DNA from: Carcharhinus amblyrhynchos
Taxonomy: Eukaryota
Length of the DNA: 64,000 nucleotides
Reading direction: 5' to 3'
Assembly (NCBI GenBank): GCA_965287045.1
Contig: OZ336873.1
Span: forward strand, 17,484,001 to 17,548,000
Part shown: positions 25,579-37,819 of the stretch, piece after piece
Position numbering within the stretch: the stretch's first letter is position 1
How the letters are laid out: the number at the start of each line of letters is the position of its first letter
The notes under the pieces: model-generated
Told to the model about the DNA's origin: nothing
Seen by the model: the letters and a program-made list of their open reading frames with translations, nothing else
Databases searched by the model: none
Translations under genes and position numbers: made by a program

Positions 25579-25855
25579 AAGGAAAGGACCCTGACTGAAC
25601 TCCTTGATCCCTTTGAGGAAGTAACTGCCCAAAAGGATTGTAGAAAGCCCAATAATGTGTTTAAACTTAGCATTCATGAAGCACGTGGTAATTTTCTCCA
25701 CACAAAAAAATTACTTAAGTCTAATGCAAGTTTTGAGATGGATAAAGGGAAAACGTATGTATTAGTTAAAGGAGACACATAACACTGGAGAGAGAAGTGC
25801 TAAGGCTGGTATTTTTGAGATCAGCAATCAATTTACATTAATAACAGGGGGTGAT
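25579..25855 (+). mobile_element. Old CR1 RT fragment
   Basis: Degenerate KGRS.LTNLL.FFEEVT motif (CTGACTGAACTCCTTGATCCCTTTGAGGAAGTAAC). Confidence 0.55.
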
Positions 25856-25939
25856 ACCTGGAATTTTATTCCCTTCCCCCTTAGGACATGTGGCTAGCCC
25901 ACCTTGCTGCCTTTTTCCAAGCTGTCCCTCATAAGGCCT

Positions 25940-26046
25940 GCCATTTAGCCTATTAAAGTCCTTAACTGGCTGATTAATTGGTTATAAAGGGTCTAATTCC
26001 ACCTTTGCTGCAATAAAACAGTGGTCGTGGAAAGCAGAAGGAAAGT
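25940..26046 (+). repeat. 107-bp direct repeat, copy 1 (within a MITE-like segment)
   Basis: About 7 mismatches against 27246-27352. Confidence 0.9.
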
Positions 26047-26325
26047 TTGCTTTCTCACCATCTGAGGTGAAAAGGCAGGAAGGAAGTGAAGGCACCTCCT
26101 AAACAGGATCAAACACTCTCCGCCACACCCCAAGATGGTAACCCCTTATCATCACAAATTGAGGGTTTGGCAAAATATGCTTCCACCAATTACAAAAATG
26201 AAAATGTCTCTGCTTGTGGACAGATAGAGAAAATAAAAGAGCTCAGGTTCACGTTTCTATGCTGTAAACCTCTAGGTTCGCTTTTCCTCACTATAACAGT
26301 CGATAAAAAAAATTAATCTCAACTA

Positions 26326-26820
26326 CATAGAGCCATAGAGGTTTACAGCATGGAACCAGGCCCTTTGGCCCAACTTGTCCACACCACCCTTTTTCCTTTA
26401 ACCGCCAAGCTAGCCCCAGTTGCCCGATTTGGCCCATGGCAACTTATTCCAGATACTCACCACTCTGTGTGTGTGACCCTTCTCACCTTAAACCTATGCC
26501 CTCTAGTTTTAGACTCCCCTCCCTTTGGGAAAAGATGTTGACTATCTAACTGACCTATGCCCCTCATTATTTTATAAACCTCTATAATATCACCTCTAAG
26601 TCTTCTATGCTCCAAGGAAAAGCATCCCAGTTTATCCAGCCTCTTCTTAAAACTCAAACCATCAAGTCCTGGTAGCATCCTAGTAACTCTTTTCTGCACT
26701 CTTTCTAGTTTAATAATCTCCTTTCCATAATAGGGTGACCAGAACTGTTCCAAGTGGGGCCTCACTACTGTCTTTACAGCTTCAATAAGATGTCCCAACT
26801 CTTGTATTCAATATTCTGAC
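26326..26820 (-). mobile_element. CR1 3' part of a 5'-inverted insertion
   Basis: CATAGAG tail repeats; LERVQKRVTRMLPGL..RRLRGDIIEVYKIM. Confidence 0.9.
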
Positions 26821-26864
26821 TGAACTGTTTATTGAACTTGACTTCCTTTGACACACTCTTGCAA

Positions 26865-27247
26865 TGTACTGGTGGGCATCAGGGATCAGTGCTGGGTCCA
26901 CTATTACATGTCATTTATGTTAATGATTTGGATGCGAATTTAGGAGGCATGGTTAGTAAGTTTATAGATGGAACCAAGATTGGTGGCATAGTGGACAGTG
27001 AAGAAGGTTATCTCAGATTACAGTGGGATCTTGATCAGTTGGGCCAGTAGGCTGATGAATGGCAGATGGAGTTTAATTTAGATAAATGCGAGGTGATACA
27101 TTTTGGTAGATTGAATCAGGGCAGGACTTACTCAGTTAATGGTAATGTGTTGGGAGAGTTATAGAACAAAGAGATTTATGAGTACAGGTTCATATCTCCT
27201 TGAAAGTGGAGTGATAGATGGACAGAGTTTTGAAGAAGGCACTCGGC
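26865..27247 (+). mobile_element. CR1 inverted 5' part (RT C-terminal region)
   Basis: QGSVLGPLL, YVNDLD, SKFIDGTKIGG; ends at KKALG. Confidence 0.9.
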
Positions 27248-27352
27248 CATTAAGCCTATTAAAGTCCTTAACTGGCTGATTAATTGGCTATAAAGGGTCT
27301 AATTCCACTGTTGCAGCAATAAAACAGTGGCAGTGGAAAGCAGAAGGAAAGT
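27246..27352 (+). repeat. 107-bp direct repeat, copy 2, abutting the CR1 end
   Basis: Matches 25940-26046. Confidence 0.9.
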
Positions 27353-28623
27353 CAAGGGAAGAAACCAGGAACCAATAAAGAAATTAAACAGGTTCCTTTA
27401 CTAATGGCAGATGCTCTTCATATCGAAACTAGTAAACAGGACAGTCAAAACAGAACAGCTTTTTCATAGGATGGGCAAAGATTGTAGCTGCTACACATGA
27501 ACTGGGGTCAGTAAAGTGAAAGTCTGGTCAGCATCAGCTGCACTTTGGGAGCCGACATAATGAAAAATATAGTGCAACACTAGAACCAAAAGCCCATTAT
27601 AACAACTGTATTAAGCCATTACCGCACTCAGGTCAGCTTTACTTCAGGCTGACAGGGATAGTAAACAAAGTTGAAACCTGCGCCACCAGTTCTTTTCTGG
27701 CCACGCTCCAGGTAAAATTTATTCATGCTCAGTGTTCCACACAGATAATGACTTCAGTTTACATAATTATGTATCTCTCACAACACTCACTACGCACAAG
27801 CCAGAATCCTATAAGTGTCAATGCAGGCTTCATGTTCCTCTCATTTTCTATAGTTAGAGAGAATATCAGGTATTATATGTCAAGTTGGATTAGTGCCAGG
27901 ATTGTTACAAGGCTTGTACGAGATTGTCACGGTCTCGCATGCCTTGGACACAGCTGGAATCTGAAAACCATCTGTGCATTGTCAATATGTACTATATAAT
28001 GAAAGTGCTAAAACTTCCATTAATACTGCACTGAGTAATGTCTTTTAAAAGGCACTACGTAAAATTTTCAGATGTTTCATACTGAAATGCCCCAAAATGT
28101 AATATTTGTGCTTGTGTTTAATTTCAGCAACATAGATTATTTATTGTTCCTCATTCTGAGCTAAAAGGATCCTTGGAAAGCAAAAAAGACACTTTTTTTT
28201 AAGTAGAACATTTTTACACTCACGGTCTAGAAGAAAACAAGTTACTGCGATGCAAGCTCCATAAATAAAATCAATAGTGTTTACTGTGGAAAGTGTTCAT
28301 CTTTAAATATAGCTCTCAGCTCTTTATAGAATTCAGTTAACAGCAACTTGCACGTACATAGTGAAGAAAGAATTTCATGGGCGGAGAGGGGGAAGAGAGA
28401 ACAAATTTCACCAAGAATTAAGAATCTGTAGGATAGCGGTCTGAAGGGATAAGGAGATTATTGACAGTAGGGAGAAATGAAGCAAAATAGAGCTTATGAA
28501 TTAAATTTAACTTTTGTGAAATGGGTGGGAAGATATAATGGACTTGGCTTAACACAATCAAATATGCAATGAAACAGTGTAAGATTGTAAGGATTGGCAC
28601 TCATTTGAGTGTCGATTGGCAAT

Positions 28624-29241
28624 GGGCAGGACTTCTGCCTGCCCTTAGAAAGGATTCCCACCTTTGAGTGCTGGCAACTAATCTGCTTGGCCAACAGCCC
28701 TCCAACCTAGCCAGTAACAACACTGCAGAAATAGTACTCCAACGCTCTCAGCCTGGAACTAAGTCCCTGGACTATTGGAAAACTAAGTCCCAAGGGTCTT
28801 GGGAGGGTAGGGGATGCCCGGAGAGGTCAGGAAGGGGGACAGTTGCAGCATTGGGATGTAGGTCGGGGGGTGTTGGTCATGGGAAACATTTCTGGTCTCG
28901 GAGGAGACGGCTCCCCACTCTGAAGGGGTTTTCAGAGGAGGCGCCTACTTTTCCCTCAACCCACTCGAGATGTGGAAACCTTTTTTTTGGCCAGATTCCC
29001 ACCCTACCCAAACCTGCGCCGGCCACCCTAAAAATTGAGGCTGGGCAGGAAAAGGCCCTTAAGTGGCCACTTTAAGGACTTTAATAGGTGAAAGTTGGGA
29101 TTCCCACCCCATACCCTGACACATCCAAGCATAACATTTCATCTGGTTTGGGCAGACAGGTTCCCGGAGGGAATCCAGTCCATTCAACTTTCTGCTTCCC
29201 CACCTCAGAACCCACCTTGGGGGAAGCATAAAATTCTGCCC
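28624..29241. mobile_element. About 620-bp non-autonomous DNA element
   Basis: Termini GGGCAGGACTT / AAATTCTGCCC; CCCTTAAGTGGCCAC motif recurs near 15816 and 63160. Confidence 0.6.
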
Positions 29242-29344
29242 AGAGTGAAGGCTGCAGCTGAATAGAAAGTGGAACAAGGTGAGGTTGTAGTTTATAAATG
29301 AGAACAAGAATTTTTAAATCAAAGCACGGGGTATGGGAGACTGT

Positions 29345-29691
29345 ATAGATAGAACCATAGAAGCAGGCCATTCAGCCCATCGGGTCTGCACCAACTCTCT
29401 GAAAAGGCATCACACCTAGACCCTCCCCTTCACCCCACACATTCTCCATGGCTAATTGACCTAACCTACACATCACTGGACACAGAGAGAATTTAACAAT
29501 TTACGATGGCCAATCCACCCAACCTGCACATCTGTAAAGTGTGGGAGGAAACCAGAGCACCTGGAGGAAAGCCACACAGCCACAGGGAGAACGTGCAAAC
29601 TCCACACAGACCATCACCCAAGGCTGGGATTGAACCCAGGATCCTGACGCTGTGAAGCAAGAGTGCTAATCACTGTGCCACTGCGCCACCC
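29345..29691 (-). mobile_element. V-SINE variant
   Basis: Head, V-domain and CR1-like tail GGCCATTCAGCCCATCGGGTCTGC. Confidence 0.88.
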
Positions 29692-30138
29692 ACACAAATC
29701 GGCAAGAACTTGCTGCATTTCTTCAGATCTTTCCACTCTCAAAAAATAACTTAGACTAAAATTTCCTGATAATTCAATGTCATGTTTGCAAGAACGATAT
29801 AAGTCAACAGTTAGCGGAGGAAATAAATATTATGATGCCCAATTATATGATCTATTAATGTCTCTTAGATGAGATTTGCACTTTATAATTTGCAATTCGA
29901 AAGTAAAAAATTTATTTATCTTTTAAATCTACATCATTAACAACACAGGTAAAGATCAATGTTAATAAAAATTTTGTTTGAAATTGCATTTTAATATTAG
30001 ATTTTGTAATATTTTGTTTCTTCGACTTTCCTGTTACCATTCCCTTTTTCTCACACCATCATCCCCTTTGTTATTTAATTACTCCAGATTTGGACTTTAT
30101 CACATACAAACATACAAGTTAGTAGCAGGCCACTCAGC

Positions 30139-30404
30139 CATAGAATCTTGCAGTGCAGAAGGTGACCATTCAGCCCATTGAATCTACACTGTCCACAATC
30201 ACACCCAGGCTCCATCCTCATATTCACCTTGCTAATCCCCCTGACACAAAGAGACAATGTAGCGCGGCCAATGCGCCTAACTAGCACATCTTTGGACTAT
30301 GGGAAGAAACCAGAACACCCGGAGAAAAGCCACACAGACACGGGGCAGAATGTGCAAACTCCACATAGACGGTGACCCAAGCCAGGAATTGAACCCTGGC
30401 GCTG
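30139..30404 (-). mobile_element. V-SINE, tail type a, head truncated
   Basis: CATAGAATC tail, V-domain, B box. Confidence 0.88.
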
Positions 30405-30495
30405 GTTCCTCAAGTCAACGCCACCATTCAATAAGATCACGGATGATCTGGTTGTAAACTTCACATTCCTGCCTAACCCAGAATAACCTTTGTTA

Positions 30496-30850
30496 CAAAG
30501 AACAAAGAACAACCCAGCACGGGAAACAGGCCCTTCAGCCCAACGAGCCCGTGCCGCCGCATCACCCTACACCTATTCTACCCTGCGTGTCTACGAATGG
30601 AACCCCTAACTTAGCCAGATTCAGGGGAGAATAGTGCCAATTTGGTAAAACCAATCAGCCTAAGAGCACATCTTTGGGGTGTGGGAGGAAACCGGAGCGC
30701 CCGGAGGAAACCCACACAACCACAGGGAGAATGCACAAACTCCCACAGACACAGTCCCAAATCCATGTATCTGCACAGCTAGCAGTGCTAGTCACCGAGC
30801 TGTTGCGGCGCCCGTCTACCGGTCCAGGATCAAGCACACACACCGACACG
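30496..30850 (-). mobile_element. Divergent, CpG-rich V-SINE with atypical 5' end
   Basis: V-domain intact; (ACAAAGA)n tail; no GGTTCRANTCC B box; extra 5' segment of about 37 bp. Confidence 0.8.
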
Positions 30851-31627
30851 AAGTATCTATCAGCTCTGCCTTAAAAATATTCAAAGACTCTGCTTCCACT
30901 GCCTTGAGGAAGAGAGCTCTAAAGGTTCATGACCCTCTGAGAAAAAAACTTCTCATCTCTGTCTTCAATGGGTGACCCCTATTTTTAAGCAGTGAGCCCT
31001 AGCTCTAGATTCTCACACAAGAGAAAATATCTTCTTCACTTGTCAAGCCCCCTCAGGATCTCATACGTTCAATCAAGTCACCTCTTACTCTTTTGAACTC
31101 CAGTAGACACAAGCCTAACCTGTTCAACCTTTCCTCATAAGACAACCTCTCCATTCCTGTTACTAGCCAAATGAACCTTCTCTAAACTGCTTCGAACACA
31201 TCTGCATTTTTACTTATTAATACTGTGCACAGTATTATCACAGATTGTCAACACAGCACAGATGTTTCTTGGGCTGTTGAGTATTTCCAACTTTTTTCAT
31301 TTTTATTTCTCAAGGGCAAGTAGGGAAGGGCAATAAATGTCAGCCTACACAATGAAGCCCAGATGCCTTGAATGAATAATATAAAAGTTTTTTCTTTGTC
31401 TTTCAGCAGAATTCATAGGACTGACGGAACAGAGGTCGCAGAATTGGGTGGGCAACATGACAAGCACAATTTGTTGTGCTTCCAATATTTTCCAGGGTTC
31501 CCTGAGGTCATGCAAGCACTAAGTCTGTGAATAAATGTATGTAATTTGGTGCTACACTGAATGATTTGTGAGAAGGAACTCTTCCAGAACTGCTTGTTCA
31601 TGAAAAATGCAAACGAGACTATTAAAA

Positions 31628-32092
31628 TTCATGTATTCTTTCATAGAATGTGATAAAGTCAGCATTTGTTGCCCATCCCTAAGTGCCCTTGAACTAGGTG
31701 GCTTGCCAGGCCACTTCATTGTACAGTTAAGAGCAAGCCACATTGCTTTCAGCTGTGGGTCTGGAGACATGTGTAGACCAGGTCAGGATGGATGGCAGAT
31801 TTCCTTCTGTAAAGGAAGATTAGTGAGTCAGATATGCAACAATGACTGACAGTTGCCATGGTCAATGTTACTGAGACTGGCTTTCTGTTCTAGACTTGTT
31901 GAATCCGTGACTGGAATTTTACAGGCATGACCGCCCCGGAATCAAGGCTCGCAGAATAGAATTCTCCATTGGCCTCAAATGGGATTTTACGAGCTGCGCC
32001 CAAGCAAGGTTGTAAAATACTGGCTCATGTCTCAGACTAGGCCTCTGGATTACTAGTCCAGTGATACTGCCACTATGCTACTGTCTTCCCCG
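31628..32092 (-). mobile_element. SINE family B split by a MITE
   Basis: Tail and core 31628-31905; head 32025-32092 (GGATTACTAGTCCAGTG). Confidence 0.8.
31908..32024. mobile_element. About 115-bp MITE, same family as 39518-39636
   Basis: CTGGAATTTTAC / GTAAAATACTGGC termini; shared core AGAATTCTCCATTGGC. Confidence 0.75.
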
Positions 32093-34221
32093 AACTGTCA
32101 GACTAGTCAGGCCTCTAAGAATTGGCGATATTCAATGTTGATTTGGGAGATTATTGTTTTTTGGATTATGGTGCGCAGCTTTACTTACATTTTCATTGGA
32201 GCCTCAAGATGGATGCAATGGATCTCAACAGAGTGAGGGAGGCAGAACAGAAACTAAGGGGTCCGCTCGCTTCTGTCATCGCTGCCCATCCACTCAAATA
32301 TCAGATGTCCAGTTAGTGGCCACGTCATGGGAAGGAAGCCAATTAATGGTGAAGGCAAGCTTGTTTTCTTAACGCTGGCCCTTTCTCTTGTTCCTTCCAA
32401 GCTTGCAATGATTATCAGGGGCAGGGGGGCTCTGAGCCCAATTGCCACACGCTCAGTACACCATGTGCTAGAGTGTCAATGCCGCAGATATGCCTTGAAT
32501 TGGAAAGACCACCCTTCCAACTCTCAGCGCCAAATTTATTATTCATTGAAGGCGTATAAAGGATAAAAAGTCCTTAAAATCATGCAGACACTGCTACAGA
32601 ATCTGCTGGAACATTCATTAATAGCTTTTTAATTAATGATTTTGAAATGGTGGGATGATTGCAGTTTTCAGTCTCTGTGTATCTTCCAAACCATAGGAGA
32701 CAATTTTTAACAGCATGGTGGAGGAGGATGGAGAGGTTTAAATTTGGGAATGTGATATCCAGTCCCTACTCTCTCGCTGCAAGTTTTTGCTTGCAAGTCT
32801 TTTATTTGCCACTTTTTTCTTCGAAAGCAGTCTTTCCAAGTCACGGCAGATAAAATATACCAAAAATTCAGATTTTTACAGAGCATGAAACAAAGGCAAC
32901 AACATGCATCCCTTTCCTTGCATGGTAAGATAGGGTGCAGAACCCCAAGGCCAAAGCCAGCATTTATTCTTCAACCCTCGTTGACTTTGAGGTATTGGGC
33001 TTTCTTGTAAAACCATTCCGGCAAGGGCTATGAAGGTACTTCAAATATCATGATATTACCCAATTATATCCCAACATTTCCCCAACCCACCCAATGATCT
33101 TGCCCCTCAGTCACTGGTCTCCGTTGATAAATGATACAGACCAATTTGTTGTTCAAAAGGGATAGAATTCGGCACATAAGGAATGAGATTCTCCAGCCGT
33201 GCATGTCCCAAGACCGGAAATTCCTGCCCAAAGCGGACAGACCTTTAAATGGTCTGCCAAATTTTCTGTCTCGCCCATTGTGAGTCCCACAGTGGGACGG
33301 GATGACAAATGTCCGGCCAATGTTTCCGGTGAAGGATGCCTGAGGTATTTGAAATTCAGAAACTTTCATAAAAGATAGGAAAGTTCGCTCCTTCTCTCAC
33401 AAATTGGCATAGATGATAAGCCACAGCTGTTCCACTCCTTGAAGTAATAAGACAGGTTGTAAATTATTGGTGTGTCAAGGAGGAGCTGTTTTGTGACAGA
33501 GGAAGGATTCTTCTATTTTACGTTTTCATCACAGGACTTCCAAGGACCCAGAAAATAATTAAGACAACATGGATGGTGGACAGGGAGCATTCAGTATTCC
33601 CATATGCTACGCTCAAATTGTGCTATCAGTTTATTAATGGTTACAGATTTTCAAGAGGCTTTAAATTAGAAGTCAATTTGATCTTAGTGGTGACAATAAA
33701 TGCTTGGCTATTTCTGAGGATTTATGTGAGCAGTTGATTCCGACGCGACTGTTCTATATAAAAAAAAAATCTGGAGTGCGGTTTCAAGACTGGTAATCTA
33801 GCTCTCGATCCCCAAAGAGAAGAGGCAATTTAAAAAAATACATTATTTAAATGTGCCCTCTCCTGCCACTTTGAGAGCTCTCTGTTCCTTCCTTGGTGCC
33901 ATAAATTTCTATGATTACGGCAGGAGAGAAAATCTATCCAGTTACGGCAACACATCCCAGAAATTAGTGTGGCTGATGTCAACAAATGAACACTTAAAAG
34001 AATGACATTCGTCGATCCACTATTTTAATGGTGGCATAAAGCTTTTAAATGTGACTGGATGAAGACCTGTGTTAAAGCGTTCTTCTGGATGCATTCAGTT
34101 TCTCCACTAATGCTGCCAGCAGTAATATGCTGTTACTGGGCCATTTGAAACAACTCTCAGAACAATTGTTTAGACATAAAAGTGTTTCTTTCACCACTGT
34201 AAATATATGCCACATGTGGGA

Positions 34222-34505
34222 TGGCCTGGTGACACAGTGGTCAGCACTGCTGCCTCATAGTGCCAGGGACTCGGGTTCAATTCCCAGCTTGGATCACTGT
34301 CTGTGTGAAGTTTGCATGTTCTCCTGGTGTCTGTGTGCGTTTCCTCCGAGTGCTCTGGTTTCCTCCCGCAGTCCAAAAGATGTATTGGTTAGGTGCTAAA
34401 TTCACCCTCGGTGTGCCTGAACAGGCGTCAGAGTGTGGCAACTAAGGGATTTTCACAATAACTTGATTGCAGCGTTAATGTAAACCTAATTGTGACACAA
34501 ATAAT
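34222..34505 (+). mobile_element. V-SINE, tail type b
   Basis: Tail GGATTTTCACAATAACTT..TTGTGACACAAATAA. Confidence 0.9.
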
Positions 34506-34509
34506 TTTT

Positions 34510-35470
34510 TTTAATGTCTATGCTTCCTAGCATCTTCAATGGAGTAAAGTTTAACACTTAGCCATGTGAAAGGACAGGCAACCAAATGTTTGGTCAAAGA
34601 GTAACTTATAAGGAGCAACTTAAAAGAGAAAGAATTAGTGAGGCAGTCAGGTTCAGGGAACAGATTCCAGAGCATTGGACCGAGGTAGCTGATGGTGAGA
34701 ATTAAGAACATAAGAACATAAGAACATAAGAACATAAGAAATAGGAGCAGGAGTAGGCCATCTAGCCCTTCGAGCCTGCCCCGCCATTCAATAAGATCAT
34801 GGCTGATCTGTCGTGGCTCAGTTCCACTTTCCCGCCCTCTCCCCATAACCCTTAATCCCTTCTCTTATCAAAAACCCATCAACCCGCTTCTTAAAAATAT
34901 TTAGCGAGGCAGCCTCCACCACTTCAACGGGCAGAGAATTCCAGAGATTCACCACCCTTTGAGTGAAGAAGTTCCTCCTCAACTCCGTTCTAAACCGCCT
35001 CCCCTTTATCTTGAGGCTGTGCCCCCTAGTCCTACTGTCTTTTTTGAGCGGGAAGAGTCTCTCCACCTCTATCCTATCCATCCCATTCATCATCTTATAC
35101 GTCTCAATGAGATCTCCCCTCATTCTTCTAAACTCTAACGAGTACAAGCCTAGTTTATTCAGCCTCTCCTCATAGCTCAATCCCCTCAACTCCGGTATCA
35201 GCCTAGTAAACCTCCTCTGCACTCCCTCCAGGGCCAAAATATCCTTGCGCAGGTGCGGCGCCCAAAACTGCACACAGTACTCCAGCTGCGGCCTCACCAA
35301 TGCCCTATACAGCTGCAGCAAGACCTCCCTACTTTTATATTCAATCCCCCTCGCTATGAAGGCCAGCATCCCATTCGCCTTCCTGACCACCTGCTGCACC
35401 TGCAAGCTGGGTTTTTGCGATTCATGCACAAGGACCCCGAGGTCCCATAAAAGCCAGAGGAGCATACCAG
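34510..35470 (-). mobile_element. Old L2-like 3' fragment split by a young CR1
   Basis: GGTTCAGGGAACAGATTCCAGAGCATTGG..GGTAGCTGA resembles recalled L2 ORF2 ends; appears to resume after 35446. Confidence 0.5.
34702..35446 (-). mobile_element. Young 5'-truncated CR1 with open ORF2 C-terminus
   Basis: Stop-free frame DLGVLVHES..LEYCVQFWAP..LEGVQRRFTRLIP..RRNFFTQRVVNLWNSLP to the stop at 34818; four perfect AACATAAG tail units; CpGs retained. Confidence 0.97.
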
Positions 35471-36664
35471 AAGTAACATTAACAAAAATACTTACGTGTT
35501 CCTTCCATAATGATTATGTATTCACCAGCCTGCTGTAGATCTTATTTATCTCAGAGCAACGCAGAGGTGGCCTTAGTTCTAAATCCAAACAGTTTATTTA
35601 CAAAACTTTAAAACATCTCAGAACTTACAGGAGTTTCAACATCCACCAGACAGAAAACCCAAATCTTCAAGAGGACTGCCGCCATTTTAAGTTCAAGTGA
35701 ACGTTGACTGGCAGTGGTTGGCACATCTGCCCCTCACTCGGGCGGAGGTTCCACTTTAGAGAGCTGCATGTCAATCAGATTGGCCTACGATCTGAAAAAG
35801 TACTGCAGTAGCTGGATCAGGGACTGTGAGAAGCTTCCTAAGTACAGAGAACTGAAGTAAAAAGTGTCAGCGGTCTGGACTGAAGGATAAAGAAATTCTA
35901 GGGGATCCTGAGGGTAGCGATTAGGATCGCAGGGAATATGCGTGGGATGGGGGGTGATTGTGGTCCAGATTTCACTGGACTTTAAGTCGACAGTACCCCC
36001 AGTCCTCAGTCATCAAGGTTTTCTGATCCAGGGTCAAACTTCCATTAATTCTGGCCTTCCCTCACCAAGTTGCGATCCACCTGTCAGGCTAACAGTTGCA
36101 GCTGACCAGGCCCTTAGGTGGATACTTCCCCTCTGAAACCCTGCTTGCCCAGAACACAATCACTATCATTCCCAGATTTCTTAACTTTTCAACTCACAGG
36201 TTCATGCAATGAAGCAAGCGTGTAAGGATCAGTTACTGAATTCAGTTGAAACAAGCCACTGAACACTACAATGATGCAAACAAGCAACAAGTCAACTTGA
36301 AGCCCATGAACGTTCAATGAGACGTAGTGTCCTAACCACTGCCGCAGTCTGTATTATAAACCATGTACTAGCAGATGAAGAATCATGCTTGATAAAAGCT
36401 AAAGTCCAATGCCACTTATATCTTTTCCAAATATACCCTCTCTCTGTAAATTCACAGCCATGATAATGTGAAGTGTTCGGTAGGACTAATATTCTCAATA
36501 CAGCATCTGAACTTAAGCCAGCCTCTTCAATCTTGTAAACAATAAGAAATTAAAGGGCGTTTTGTAGTCAGGTTATAGCTAAACGAAGCAGATAAGAACG
36601 CCATCCATAGTTACTTGTTTCAAATTCATTTGTTCTTTTTTCATAACAATATCGGGGGGTGGGA

Positions 36665-37024
36665 GGGAGGCCGTGGTATTGTTCAATCCAGTGAACTAGG
36701 ATAATCCTCTGGGGACCCAGGTTCAAATCCCACCATGGCAAATGGTAAAATTTGAATTCAAGAAAAGTCTGGAATTAAAAGTCTGATGATGACCATGAAA
36801 CTAAACCATTGTCGACGGTCGTAAAAACACAGCTGGGTTCACTAAAGCCCTTTCAGGAAGGGAATTGGCCTGATCTTGCCAACAGGCAATCCCAGACCTG
36901 CAGCAATGTGGTAAATGCCCTCTGAAATGGCCTAGCAAGCCAGTCAGTTCAAGGGCAATTAGGGATGGGCAATAAATGCTGACCCAGCCAGCAGTGCCAA
37001 CATTCCATGAACAAATTAAAAAAG
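36665..37024 (+). mobile_element. SINE family B
   Basis: B box, core, tail GGGATGGGCAATAAATGCTG. Confidence 0.85.
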
Positions 37025-37094
37025 TGGTCCCTCTATGTGGCTCGATAAAATGAATGTTACATTGCGATTTAACAGTAACATATATATAACCAGA

Positions 37095-37765
37095 AATGTG
37101 GCATCACAGTGATCATGCGACTGGACTAGTAACCCAGAGGTCTTGACAAATGACTTGGAAACATTGTTCATATTCCACCATATCAACTGGGGAATTTAAA
37201 TTCACATTACTGAATAAATTGGAATAACAAAAAGTTTTTAAGAGTTTATTTATTAATCACAAGTAGGCATATATTAACATGACAATGAAGTTACTGTGAA
37301 AATGCCCTACTTGCCACACTGTGGCACCTTTTTGGGTACACTGAGGGAGAATTTAACATGGCCAATCCATCTAACCCACATGTTTTTCGGACTGTGGGAG
37401 CAAACCGTGGCACCCAGAGGAAACCCATGCAGACATGAGGAGAACATACAAACTCCACACTGATAGTGACCTAAGCTAGGAATCGAACCCAGCTCCCTAG
37501 CACTGCGAGGCAGCAGCGCTAACCACTGTGCCACCCCATCAGCAGTGGTGACCATAAAACTACCAGACTGTTGTGAGAAAAAAATCTGATGCACTAACAG
37601 GATAGAAAATCTATCCCATGACATCTGCATGTGACTGGAGAGCAACGATGTGGTTAACTGTTAAATGTTCTCTGAAATAGCCTAGCAAGTCCTCAATATA
37701 TAGGGTTTGGGTAATTAATACTGGCATTGCTACTGCCACACAAATCCTGGCATTGAATTTTTAAA
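37095..37765 (+). mobile_element. SINE family B split by a V-SINE
   Basis: Head CTGGACTAGTAACCCAGAGG; continuation from 37540. Confidence 0.7.
37243..37537 (-). mobile_element. V-SINE, tail type b
   Basis: Head, V-domain and tail b. Confidence 0.9.
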
Positions 37766-37819
37766 AAATGGCAATGTAGGAACAGGCTACTACTAGAAGG
37801 ATGTGGGGGCTTTGGTGGG

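Larger units (their letters stand above)
30105..31240 (-). mobile_element. CR1 3' fragment carrying two nested SINEs
   Basis: Pieces 30105-30138, 30405-30495 and 30851-31240 are colinear with the CR1 3' end. Confidence 0.8.

Noticed and set aside
34702-34740. Regular short repeats as a CRISPR-like array
   Set aside because: CR1 3' microsatellite tail with no spacers, in eukaryotic DNA
34818-35465. 215-aa ORF (and 61579-62166) as functional CDS
   Set aside because: Both are 5'-truncated CR1 ORF2 ends whose starts come from flanking DNA
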